A stretch of 64,000 nucleotides of DNA from Candidatus Micrarchaeota archaeon (GCA_021801225.1 JAJYYF010000011.1:6113-70112); one strand, 5' to 3'; positions 53,145-62,031 are shown, numbered from the stretch's first letter. Notes: a model not told the origin generated them from the sequence alone. Program-made: numbers and translations.

Positions 53145-55038
53145 AGAAATTGTGGCAATGGAAATTAAAAATTTCAGGCCATTTCACGATGTAAAATTAG
53201 AATTTAAAGAGGGAAAGAAAAACAAGTTAATTTCATTTGTTGGAACTAATAGATTTGGAAAATCAAATTTACTTAATGCAATATTGTGGTGTTTATATGG
53301 AGATGAAGCAATAAAATATAGTGCAGATTCAGATAAGCACGTTCTCAAAAATGAACGTTATGTAAATGAAAGGACAGAAGTATCTTTAACGTTTAATGAT
53401 AGTCATATAGTGAAAAGAGCTGAAAATAGTTTTACTGTTCTTAAAAAGGAATCAGGAAATAAATACCAGAGTGTTGATAGCCCAGAGATCTATATAAGAA
53501 ATAATCTTCTACCACAAGATATTAGCAAGTTCTTTTTGTTTAAAGGCGAATTTCTTGATTCGTTTTTTGAAAAACAAAACGGGCAAGCACTTAAAGAAAC
53601 AATCCTTAATGTATCTGGTATAGACACTTTAGAAAGAATGAGTAAAACGCTAGAGGATCTTAAAGAAAGATACAGACAGGACATTTCAAAAGTTGATAGA
53701 AATAATCAAGATTTAGAATACTTACAAAAACAGATAGATATCTATTCACAAAGTACTGCTGTATTAGATTCAGATATTAAGCGTATTGATGGTATCCTAA
53801 CCTATGACACTCAACGATTAAATGAAATAGCTAAACAATTGAGAAGTAGAAATATTGATAAGATAACAGAGATTATTGAGCAAGAACAAATGTATAAGAA
53901 AGATGTAGAAAGTCTGAATGACGATATAAAAGAACTTCGAAATAAGATATTTATAAGATTTTTTGGGGAACTATCTCCATGGTTTATATATAATGCAAAT
54001 AAGAAGTTTAAGAAGCACTTACAGCATTTAGTTGAAACAGGAAGAATCCCATTACCCGCAGAACCTAATTTAATTGAGAAAATATTTGAGGACAACAGAT
54101 GTATCTGTGGTTGTAAAATGAACTCAGCTATGAAAGCACAATTAACTAACCTGCTAAAAAAACTAAAAGAAGACAGTCCCAAAGCCAACCAACTACATAG
54201 AATTAATGTACTTTTATCTGTTGATACTTCTAAGTTTAATAATGCAAATAAAGAGCTTAAGAAGTTACTAAGTGACAAAACTGAGAAGGAGAAAAGAATA
54301 AAAGAAGTAAATGAAAAATTAAAAGTTGCCTCTGAAAGTATAAAAGGTCTAAATAAAGCAGATGTAACTAAGCTACAGGCTGAAAAGGAAACTTTAAATG
54401 AAGATATTGGAAAACAAAATGCATTAAGAGATCAGAAAATTAGTGATTTGACCAGAGCAAAGGATATGAAGGCTAAATTTGAATCTGATTTTAGTAAGAT
54501 GGCTACTAAGTCGTCAAAAAGTAAATCTTTAGCAGAAAAACTTCAAAGAGTAGTGCTGTTAAATGAAAAGATGATTAAACTAATAAGTGAAATATCTGAA
54601 GATATATTAAGAAAGTTAAATAATAATACTCAAAAATACTTCAAAGACATCTTCTGGAATAACTACAAGTACATGAATTATAATGTCAAAATAGATAAAG
54701 AATTTAATGTTACTCTCATGTCGCCTGAAGGGAATAATATGTTAGCTTTAGCTTCGACAGGAGAAACTAAAGTTCTAGCATTATCATTTATGTCAGCCCT
54801 ATCTGCTTATTATGGTTTTGATTTCCCTTTGATTATTGATGCCCCATTTTCTGCACTTGATCCAGATGTTATTTTAAAGGTTTTAGAGGCATTAAAAGAA
54901 CTATCTAAAGATAGTCAGATATTGGTATTGACAACTCGTCATGATGTAAATGTAATGCGGGAGCTAAAGAAAGTATCCTTAGATAACTTTATGTTAGATA
55001 AAGATGCTAAGGATAATACTATAATTAAAAAGATATGA
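53128..55038 (+). CDS. SMC/DndD-like ABC-type ATPase with a long coiled coil and a central Cys cluster
   Basis: 636 aa. IKNFRPF...GTNRFGKSNLLNAILWCLYG (Walker A), FLFKGEFLDSFF, about 400 aa of K/E/L-rich heptad-like sequence, CICGC at residues 325-329, STGETKVLALSFMSAL (signature-like) and PLIIDAPFSALD (Walker B). Confidence 0.75.
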   Translation: MIVMSREIVAMEIKNFRPFHDVKLEFKEGKKNKLISFVGTNRFGKSNLLNAILWCLYGDEAIKYSADSDKHVLKNERYVNERTEVSLTFNDSHIVKRAENSFTVLKKESGNKYQSVDSPEIYIRNNLLPQDISKFFLFKGEFLDSFFEKQNGQALKETILNVSGIDTLERMSKTLEDLKERYRQDISKVDRNNQDLEYLQKQIDIYSQSTAVLDSDIKRIDGILTYDTQRLNEIAKQLRSRNIDKITEIIEQEQMYKKDVESLNDDIKELRNKIFIRFFGELSPWFIYNANKKFKKHLQHLVETGRIPLPAEPNLIEKIFEDNRCICGCKMNSAMKAQLTNLLKKLKEDSPKANQLHRINVLLSVDTSKFNNANKELKKLLSDKTEKEKRIKEVNEKLKVASESIKGLNKADVTKLQAEKETLNEDIGKQNALRDQKISDLTRAKDMKAKFESDFSKMATKSSKSKSLAEKLQRVVLLNEKMIKLISEISEDILRKLNNNTQKYFKDIFWNNYKYMNYNVKIDKEFNVTLMSPEGNNMLALASTGETKVLALSFMSALSAYYGFDFPLIIDAPFSALDPDVILKVLEALKELSKDSQILVLTTRHDVNVMRELKKVSLDNFMLDKDAKDNTIIKKI

Positions 55039-55042
55039 TTTT

Positions 55043-55444
55043 ATGGAACTTGATAAGCCACCTAGAGATATAACAGTATCTGAAGGAGATAGAGAGAAAT
55101 ACTCATGGCTGAGCACAAAATTTAATTTAGAAGTAAAGCAGATATTTTTGCTAGCAGTTAAAGTTGGGTTTTTTTATGGTCTAAGAGACAAAGTAAAAAA
55201 TCACAGATCAATTGCTCAATTTTCAACTTTTTCAGATGATGATATTAAAGATATGATCACTATAGCTTATGCAGAATTAGAGAGTGATAGTGCGATATTC
55301 GATGGTAAAAAAGTTGTTGGAATATGTGAAGAATATGCTACTGGCGGAATTTCAAAGTTATACAAACAATTTGCAGGAGCAAATAAAGAGGATGTGAAAA
55401 TAATTGAAGATATGGTAGACGAATTAGCAAATGAAGTTAAGTAA
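55043..55444 (+). CDS. 133-aa partner protein of the ATPase (unknown; possibly a dnd-associated small-protein family)
   Basis: Starts 4 nt after the ATPase stop. IFLLAVKVGFFYG...ICEEYATGGISKL resembles a small protein family I recall near dnd/DndD-like genes. Unverified. Confidence 0.45.
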   Translation: MELDKPPRDITVSEGDREKYSWLSTKFNLEVKQIFLLAVKVGFFYGLRDKVKNHRSIAQFSTFSDDDIKDMITIAYAELESDSAIFDGKKVVGICEEYATGGISKLYKQFAGANKEDVKIIEDMVDELANEVK

Positions 55445-55445
55445 T

Positions 55446-57581
55446 TTACTTAAGTAGGTTATAAACATCACTTATATTGTAAAAACTAATGAGTTTTTGT
55501 AAATTATCATCACGAAAAATATCTCTTTTATTACTTGAATATTTTACAAATTCAAATGCTCTATTCAGTTCTTTTTTAAGAAGCTTTTGTTCTATCTCAA
55601 AAATACTAGCTTCTTTCTTTATTGCTGATAAACTAGCTACTGTAACAAAATCAAATATTTCAGCAACTTTAGTATCATCTGTTTTCCTAAGAACTCGTCC
55701 TCGTCTTTGTATATATTCTCTTGGATTAGCAGAACTCGCTAAAATTATTGCATTTTTTGCTTCTTTTATGTTTATCCCTTCATCCAGAACCTTTATTGAA
55801 AGTAGAATGTCAATATTCCCACTTCTAAAATCTTTAAGTATCTTGATCCTTTCTTCTCTACTTTCTTCACCTGTGATCTGAGAGTGAATAAATCTTAGGT
55901 CGTCTAATATCTCTTTGACGTCATTAAGTTGGTTCTTATCTATACAAAAGATAAGAGTATATTTTAACTTCTTTTCTTGATTTAGTAAATTAAGTACCTC
56001 TCTTAGACGATCTAGTTTATTCTCTGACGACTTTGTTATTTTTGACCTTTCAGTTAGAAGAAGTTTCAAGTAATCTTCATCCTCTTTACTTCTAAGGTAA
56101 TGAGATTTTTTATTTAACTTCTTAGTCAATTTTATATATTCATCAAACTCTATTGATGATAATTCTGTCAGTTTTATATAATAATTATAAGGGCATAGTA
56201 CATTGTCTTTTATCGCATCTCCTATACTATATCTAAAGACAATATTACCAAAAAATTCTTTTATAGCGTCCGTACCGCCAGCGTCAAATAATCTATCTGG
56301 AGTTGCACTTAAACCCAACCTATAGCTAAATAGTGTTTTTATTGATTCGTCCTTTAATATATCCTTACCTGTTTCGGATCCGAATGTGTGAACTTCATCA
56401 GCAATAACTAGTGCATTAGTTACTTTATAATTTTTAATATATTCAATCATATTAGCTAAACTATCGTACGTGCTGACTAAGACTATCCTTTTTGATCTGC
56501 CCTTTTTATGCTCATGCAATAAATTTTCAATATTTTTTCTCCATTGCTCCTTACTGCTTACTGACAAAAGATCGTCATAATCTTCATATGACTTTACATC
56601 GCTTATCCACTGGTCGCAAATCTCTTGTGTAGGTGCTAATATAACAGCAGTGCCAACTTTCGCTATATCAAAAAATGTATGAAGTGCCTTTAGCCCTACC
56701 CAAGTTTTACCTGTCCCTGTAGCCATTTCTATTATACCATTGAACTTTGCCTGACTCCAATTCTCTATAGACTTTTCTTGATATTTTCTTAGATTTAATT
56801 CGGCTTTTTGAATTATCTTAGATCCAACTTGTCTAGTTTCTACATTCCCTTCTAAAACATCAAAGTTTATCTCTTGCGAATCTTCCGGAGCTAATTTTAT
56901 AATTTTGGTTTTAATAGCTTCGTCCAATGCTACTACTGAAACTTTATCATATTTGTTCTCCCATAATCTAAAGAAATGTTCATTATCTGTATCAAAATAT
57001 TTCTTTTCTCTAGAATCCCATGCTTTAAAAACCTTAAATTCTTCTATATTGTGTAACCAACCTGCACCTGTTTCATTTATAGATCCACTAAAGGAGATAG
57101 CATTACCTTCAGTATCTTTTACTATACCTACCTTCTGATGAAATAATGCAGAAAACTCTTTGCCAGATTCTTTCTTAGGAAAGGCGACTTTTATCTCTAA
57201 AAGGTTATTTGCTAACATCCAAGCGAATGCTTTTATTGACTCCTTAATAAACAAGCTCTCAATTTTTTCATACTCGGCTAGGAGTTTATCAACTTCGTTC
57301 ATAATCAAATCAGGATACATTATAGCTTGTTCTGCTGCAGATATGTCTTCATTTTTAACAAAACAACCAGTTATTAGTTTTATTTTACCATCACTTTTAA
57401 TTAGTTCACTTACACCCTTCGCAGCTACGGCAAAAGAATCTGAAGAGAAGAAGCCAGTTATTCTGTAATACTCCTTGGCCACAGATAGAGTAGGTACATA
57501 GAATTCTTGTAAAACATTACTGTCCTCAGAAGAATATGCTGTTTTAAGAGATATATCTTTTAAAGATTTTGAAATAACCAT
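55446..57581 (-). CDS. Fusion of a PLD-family (single HKD) nuclease domain and an SF2 (ResIII/DEAD-like) helicase
   Basis: 711 aa. YRITGFFSS, HQKVGIVKD...FSGSINETGAGW (HxK..D...GSxN), MATGTGKT (motif I), VIADEVH (motif II), LSATP (motif III) and QRRGRVLR (motif VI). Confidence 0.8.
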   Translation of the reverse strand: MVISKSLKDISLKTAYSSEDSNVLQEFYVPTLSVAKEYYRITGFFSSDSFAVAAKGVSELIKSDGKIKLITGCFVKNEDISAAEQAIMYPDLIMNEVDKLLAEYEKIESLFIKESIKAFAWMLANNLLEIKVAFPKKESGKEFSALFHQKVGIVKDTEGNAISFSGSINETGAGWLHNIEEFKVFKAWDSREKKYFDTDNEHFFRLWENKYDKVSVVALDEAIKTKIIKLAPEDSQEINFDVLEGNVETRQVGSKIIQKAELNLRKYQEKSIENWSQAKFNGIIEMATGTGKTWVGLKALHTFFDIAKVGTAVILAPTQEICDQWISDVKSYEDYDDLLSVSSKEQWRKNIENLLHEHKKGRSKRIVLVSTYDSLANMIEYIKNYKVTNALVIADEVHTFGSETGKDILKDESIKTLFSYRLGLSATPDRLFDAGGTDAIKEFFGNIVFRYSIGDAIKDNVLCPYNYYIKLTELSSIEFDEYIKLTKKLNKKSHYLRSKEDEDYLKLLLTERSKITKSSENKLDRLREVLNLLNQEKKLKYTLIFCIDKNQLNDVKEILDDLRFIHSQITGEESREERIKILKDFRSGNIDILLSIKVLDEGINIKEAKNAIILASSANPREYIQRRGRVLRKTDDTKVAEIFDFVTVASLSAIKKEASIFEIEQKLLKKELNRAFEFVKYSSNKRDIFRDDNLQKLISFYNISDVYNLLK

Positions 57582-57632
57582 ATTAGTCCTCCATAATAAG
57601 ATAGGACTGAGAATCTTTAAATAATCGTCCGT

Positions 57633-58250
57633 TTAGGCAACAGTCGGCTTACTCTCTGGCTTTATTAGGGTATCAGAAGAGGGGGTTTGATTTGACCACC
57701 TAACAAACTTATTACACTCATCACGTATTGGTTTAATGTCGCCATTATGCACTTTTCCATTCTCTAGGCGAATGCCACAGCCACAATTAACAGGGTGCCT
57801 GCCTCCTATCTTACCTTGTGCCTTTGCTCTTTTAAGTCCAAGCATAGTCCTTTCATGGATTATATCCCTTTCAAAATTAGCCAGTAGTGCTAGGATATTA
57901 GCCATAAACCTGCCCATTGAAGTGCTTAAATCAATTCCTTCCTGTATAGAGAATAGGCTCTTGCCGTTTTTATTAAATTCTTCAAGTTCAAGGATCAGTT
58001 CGGATAAATTCCTGCCCCATCTATCAAGTTTCCATACTGCAACACCATCAATTTCGCCAAGCCTTAACTTCTTTAGGACTTCCTCTTTTCGAGGCCTTGT
58101 ATCCTTACTACTTACCTCATCAACATATTCTCCTTCAATTTCTACACCTGCCTTCTTTGACCATTCACGCAGGGCTATAAGCTGGTTCTCAGGGTTCTGT
58201 TCTAATGCCTTTGAAACTCTGGCATATAAAGCGACTCGCATGTAATCCAC
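57633..58250 (-). CDS. Serine recombinase (resolvase/invertase catalytic domain) with a Cys-containing C-terminal tail
   Basis: MRVALYARVSKALEQNPENQ (catalytic Ser), VWKLDRWGRN, and the E-helix ERTMLGLKRAKAQGK. The C-terminus NCGCG...C has no obvious HTH. Confidence 0.85.
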   Translation of the reverse strand: MDYMRVALYARVSKALEQNPENQLIALREWSKKAGVEIEGEYVDEVSSKDTRPRKEEVLKKLRLGEIDGVAVWKLDRWGRNLSELILELEEFNKNGKSLFSIQEGIDLSTSMGRFMANILALLANFERDIIHERTMLGLKRAKAQGKIGGRHPVNCGCGIRLENGKVHNGDIKPIRDECNKFVRWSNQTPSSDTLIKPESKPTVA

Positions 58251-58323
58251 TCAGTGTTATGTTCAAGACTTCTTGTAAAACCGATGTCAAAAACAGAGGC
58301 AAAGGTAACCGCTACTACGACTG

Positions 58324-58339
58324 CCCTCTCGGGGCTAAT
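58324..58339 (+). repeat. attR core (direct repeat CCCTCTCGGGGCTAAT)
   Basis: Identical to 48179-48194. The flanking bases differ on both sides. Confidence 0.8.
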
Positions 58340-58348
58340 TTAATAAAA

Positions 58349-58690
58349 TCAAATATTTACTTCGTTTATTTTTCTTATTGTTATAGGACCTGCTTTCATT
58401 TTGTAAGAAGGAGATTGTTTTGCTATCTCAATTGCTTCGTCCATATCGTTAGCAGTTATAATCATATATCCACCAAAATCGATTTTTTGTGGTTGGTAAT
58501 CTTCAACGCCAGTTTCAGTTAACATCTTCCCTTCCCATGAAACAGGATTTGCAGATACAAAAGTACCTTTTGCTTCTAACGGATATATATAATCACGCCA
58601 TGGCTTAGTCCCATTCTCAATTTGTTCAGGAGTAGGGTTATTAGGCATCTCCATCTTTTCATTATACATCAAAAATAAATATTTAGGCAT
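58349..58690 (-). CDS. YCII-related domain protein
   Basis: 113 aa. MPKYLFLMY start and GGYMIITANDMDEAIEIAKQSP, typical of YciI-like proteins. Confidence 0.55.
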   Translation of the reverse strand: MPKYLFLMYNEKMEMPNNPTPEQIENGTKPWRDYIYPLEAKGTFVSANPVSWEGKMLTETGVEDYQPQKIDFGGYMIITANDMDEAIEIAKQSPSYKMKAGPITIRKINEVNI

Positions 58691-58791
58691 GAAAATAATA
58701 ACCCTTATAAATTTAATAGATTGGTATGTAAATTCTTAGTGGATGTGTAAAACTTATAGTTCTTTTGAAATAATATTAATATGAGGTCAAT

Positions 58792-59262
58792 ATGAAGGTA
58801 TTATTTGTTTGTCGTTCTAATGCAGAAAGAAGTCAGGTTGCACAACTTTTATTTAATAAAACTTCAAAGAAAAATAATGCAAATAGTGCAGGTTTAGCAT
58901 TAGTGGATTTTGAAAAAGGACTAGCGCCAGGTAGGATAATGACAGAACTTATGCTTAGTCAGGGTTACAATGATTTTACAAAACAACATAGAAAACAATT
59001 AACTGAAGAAATGGCAAACGGCTCTGATAAAGTAATAGTAATTATGACAAGAGGACAAATTAGAGCTCTGTTGCCCCAATTTGTTAAAAAATCGGATAAA
59101 GTAGTTTACTGGGATAGGGTAAAAGACCCTAAAAATGATAAAGACAGAATAACGGCAAGAAATAAAATTAAAAAATTGGTAAACGCTCTTGTTAAAAATC
59201 TTGATAAAAAAATAAAAGTATACTTATTTTTGCAAAATATAAATATTTATATCTATAAATAA
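58792..59262 (+). CDS. Low-molecular-weight phosphotyrosine phosphatase / ArsC-like protein
   Basis: VLFVCRSNAERS matches the CX5R(S/T) P-loop. Confidence 0.7.
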   Translation: MKVLFVCRSNAERSQVAQLLFNKTSKKNNANSAGLALVDFEKGLAPGRIMTELMLSQGYNDFTKQHRKQLTEEMANGSDKVIVIMTRGQIRALLPQFVKKSDKVVYWDRVKDPKNDKDRITARNKIKKLVNALVKNLDKKIKVYLFLQNINIYIYK

Positions 59263-59291
59263 TAAGTAATAATGAAAGTTCTGGTAGTTAT

Positions 59292-59588
59292 ATGGTAAAG
59301 ATAAATGATGTTATTGAATCGCTTAAAAAAACAGTAGATCCAGAGATAGGATTAAACATAGTTGACCTTGGATTAATTTATGGAATAAATGTTACACAAC
59401 AAAATGATCTTGATATAAAAATAACTATGACAAGTCCTATGTGTCCCGTAACAAGCATAATACTTGCAGACGTACAGTTAAGAGCTGAGAGTATCGAAGG
59501 AATAGGAAAGGTAAATATAGACCTTGTTTGGGATCCCGCTTGGTCTCCTGAAATGATAACAGAAGAAGCAAGATTAGGTTTGCAATAA
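59292..59588 (+). CDS. DUF59/MIP18-family Fe-S assembly protein (SufT/PaaD-like)
   Basis: 98 aa. VDPEIGLNIVDLGLIY and MTSPMCPV. Confidence 0.75.
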   Translation: MVKINDVIESLKKTVDPEIGLNIVDLGLIYGINVTQQNDLDIKITMTSPMCPVTSIILADVQLRAESIEGIGKVNIDLVWDPAWSPEMITEEARLGLQ

Positions 59589-59628
59589 GTAAAATAAGAA
59601 TAAATTAAAAAAATAAATTAATTAATAA

Positions 59629-60189
59629 TCAAGAAAGTATTGATTCGTCGCATCTTTTGTATTTTTGTATTTCTGATTCAGTAAACCAAACAGTAATTTC
59701 TCTGTTTGCTGCTTCTTTATTTTCAGATACGTGAACTATATTTCTTATAGGTCTTTTTCCGGAGTCAGCTGCTCCGTATGTGTCATTTGAAAGAGATCCC
59801 CTAATTGTTGAAGGATCTGCTTTTCTAGGCTCTGTTGCACCCGCAAGCTTTCTTGCTACATCATTAGCAGCATTGCCTTCAAGAACCATTGCAACTATTG
59901 GACTTCGAGTTAATTCTTTGATTAAATGAGAACGTATTCTCATACCTATATCAATATCTTTTTCAGTTACAGGAAGTCCTTTCTCAATGTTTGATTGGTT
60001 TGCTTTTTTACCAACACTTATGAGCCATTCTTGATCCTCTGCATAATGAGTACCTGCTTGCTTTTCATTAGCTAGTATCATCTTTAATGCGACTACCTTA
60101 AGTCCTGCTCCTTCAAAACGAGATATGACCTTTCCTATCAAAGCTCTTTCTACTCCGTCTGGTTTTATTAAAACTAGTGCTCTTTCCAT
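59629..60189 (-). CDS. ndk: Nucleoside diphosphate kinase (with an internal insertion)
   Basis: ERALVLIKPDGV, GTIRGS-like TIRGSL and NIVHVSE (active-site His). At 186 aa it is longer than the usual ~150 aa. Confidence 0.85.
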   Translation of the reverse strand: MERALVLIKPDGVERALIGKVISRFEGAGLKVVALKMILANEKQAGTHYAEDQEWLISVGKKANQSNIEKGLPVTEKDIDIGMRIRSHLIKELTRSPIVAMVLEGNAANDVARKLAGATEPRKADPSTIRGSLSNDTYGAADSGKRPIRNIVHVSENKEAANREITVWFTESEIQKYKRCDESILS

Positions 60190-60258
60190 TATTTCACCAA
60201 GAGATTATTATTTATATTTTTATTCGGTAAATTATATAAGCATATTCTTGATGAGTTC

Positions 60259-62031
60259 ATGATAAGACAACCTATAATAGTAGTAATGGGTCACGTAGAC
60301 CATGGTAAAACCTCTCTTTTAGATAGAATAAGGAATACTGCAATAACAAATAAAGAAGCTGGAGGAATTACACAACATATAGGAGCTAGTGAGGTGCCAA
60401 TAGATGTTATTAAAAAGAGTTCAGGCGAGTTATTCAAAAAGATGAACATTGGTCTTACAATACCTGGTTTGTTGTTTATAGACACACCTGGACACGAAGC
60501 CTTTACAAACTTAAGAAAGCGCGGTGGTTCTGTGGCTGATCTTGCAATACTAGTTGTTGATGTTACTAAAAGTTTTGAACCTCAGACATATGAAGCGCTT
60601 GAGATACTTAAAGAGTATAAGACTCCATTTATAATTGCTGCGAATAAAGTCGATTTGATAACAGGTTGGAGAAATCAAAATACAGAAAGCATAACTTCAT
60701 CTCTTGAAAAGCAAAACAGAAATGTTACTGAAGATTTAGAAGCAAGGATTTATGGATTAATTGGAAAGTTAAGCGAGCTTGGCTTCAATGCAGAAAGATT
60801 CGATAGAGTCAAAGATTTTAAGAAGGAGTTAGTGATAATACCGCTTAGTGCTAAAACAGGCGAAGGCATTGCGGAGCTTCTTATGTATACGACAGGATTG
60901 GCTCAGCGCTTTCTTGAGATGCGCTTGAATATAGAGGTTAACGGAGCCGGAGTTGGAAGTATACTTGAAAGAAAAGAAGAGAAGGGATTAGGCTCGACAA
61001 TAGATGTAATACTTTATAATGGAACATTAAAAGTAAATGATACTATTGCTTTTGCAACTGAGGCCGGAATAAAAACTTCTAAGATAAAGGCTCTGCTAAA
61101 GCCTAAACCTCTTCAGGAGCTTCGCGAGTCCTCAAGTAAGTTTTATAATGTAAACTCAGTAAGTGCTGCTTCTGGGATAAAAATAAGCGGAAGCGGACTT
61201 GAAGAAGCACTTCCAGGATCTCTTGTTATATCAACTGAAAAAGAAGGATATGAAGATGACTTAAAATCTGAGATGCAAGAAGTATTTAAGGTAGAAAAAG
61301 AAGGTGTGATACTCAAGGCAGATTCAATAGGAGGTATTGAAGCTATATCAAAACTTCTTGAAGGAATAAATGTAAAGATCAGTAAAAAGGAGATAGGAAA
61401 GGTAAATAAAAGAGATATACATAATGCCTTTTCAATGCGTGCAGCTCAACCTGATTACGCAGTTATTCTTGCTTTTAACGTTGATGTTGAAGAAGAAGCT
61501 GAAGAGGAAGCATACGCAACAGGAATAAACATAATAAAAGGACAGATAATTTACAGAATAATAGATGAGTACAGAGAGTGGTTGGAAAAAGAAAAGAAAA
61601 AAGGTAAAGAGCTTCTTGAAAAAGCGCTTACATTCCCAGGAAGTATATATTTGTTGCCAAATCATTGTTTTAGAGTTTCACACCCTGCTGTTTTTGGAGC
61701 TGATGTTAAGAGAGGTAGAATAAAGCCAGGAGCGCAGTTAATTAATGAGTTGGGGGATATTGTCGGTAGAATTAAGGAGATACAGAATAATGGAGCAAGC
61801 ATTCAAGAGGCAAAGGCAGGGGATAGTGTAGCAATTTCAGTCGAAGGTGCAACTTACGGAAGACAAATAAACCAAAATGACACATTGTATGTTTTTCTAA
61901 ATGACGATGAAGTACGCGCATTAAAATATAAGTTCAACAATCTTTTGAATGATGATGAAATGGATCTGCTTAATGAATTAATAAAAGTAAAGGAAAAGAG
62001 AAAGGACAAACAAAATAATGATACGTCATAA
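60259..62031 (+). CDS. infB: Translation initiation factor aIF5B (IF-2 homologue)
   Basis: 590 aa. RQPIIVVMGHVDHGKTSLLD (G1), DTPGHEAF (G3) and NKVD (G4), followed by domains II-IV. Confidence 0.9.
   Translation: MIRQPIIVVMGHVDHGKTSLLDRIRNTAITNKEAGGITQHIGASEVPIDVIKKSSGELFKKMNIGLTIPGLLFIDTPGHEAFTNLRKRGGSVADLAILVVDVTKSFEPQTYEALEILKEYKTPFIIAANKVDLITGWRNQNTESITSSLEKQNRNVTEDLEARIYGLIGKLSELGFNAERFDRVKDFKKELVIIPLSAKTGEGIAELLMYTTGLAQRFLEMRLNIEVNGAGVGSILERKEEKGLGSTIDVILYNGTLKVNDTIAFATEAGIKTSKIKALLKPKPLQELRESSSKFYNVNSVSAASGIKISGSGLEEALPGSLVISTEKEGYEDDLKSEMQEVFKVEKEGVILKADSIGGIEAISKLLEGINVKISKKEIGKVNKRDIHNAFSMRAAQPDYAVILAFNVDVEEEAEEEAYATGINIIKGQIIYRIIDEYREWLEKEKKKGKELLEKALTFPGSIYLLPNHCFRVSHPAVFGADVKRGRIKPGAQLINELGDIVGRIKEIQNNGASIQEAKAGDSVAISVEGATYGRQINQNDTLYVFLNDDEVRALKYKFNNLLNDDEMDLLNELIKVKEKRKDKQNNDTS

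Larger units (their letters stand above)
48179..58339. mobile_element. Integrated genetic element (~10.2 kb) in the tRNA-Thr 3' end
   Basis: Perfect 16-bp direct repeats at both ends. A tyrosine integrase is next to attL and a serine recombinase next to attR. Sampled lines in the int, nuclease and resolvase parts are about 35-50% G+C, against about 23-28% in flanking host DNA. Confidence 0.75.

Noticed and set aside
53490-57468. Several 60-155-aa ORFs antisense to the ATPase and helicase genes (53490-53684, 53811-54278, 55489-55881, 56905-57138, 57160-57468)
   Set aside because: They are S/L/F/I-rich shadow frames of AT-rich, K/E-rich coding sequence. The sense-strand proteins carry complete ATPase and helicase motif sets.
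57736-58522. Plus-strand ORFs of 169 aa (57736-58245) and 105 aa (58205-58522)
   Set aside because: The first is antisense to the well-supported serine recombinase. The second runs across the attR junction and the 3' end of the YCII gene. Both have odd S/L/C/F-rich compositions typical of antisense frames.
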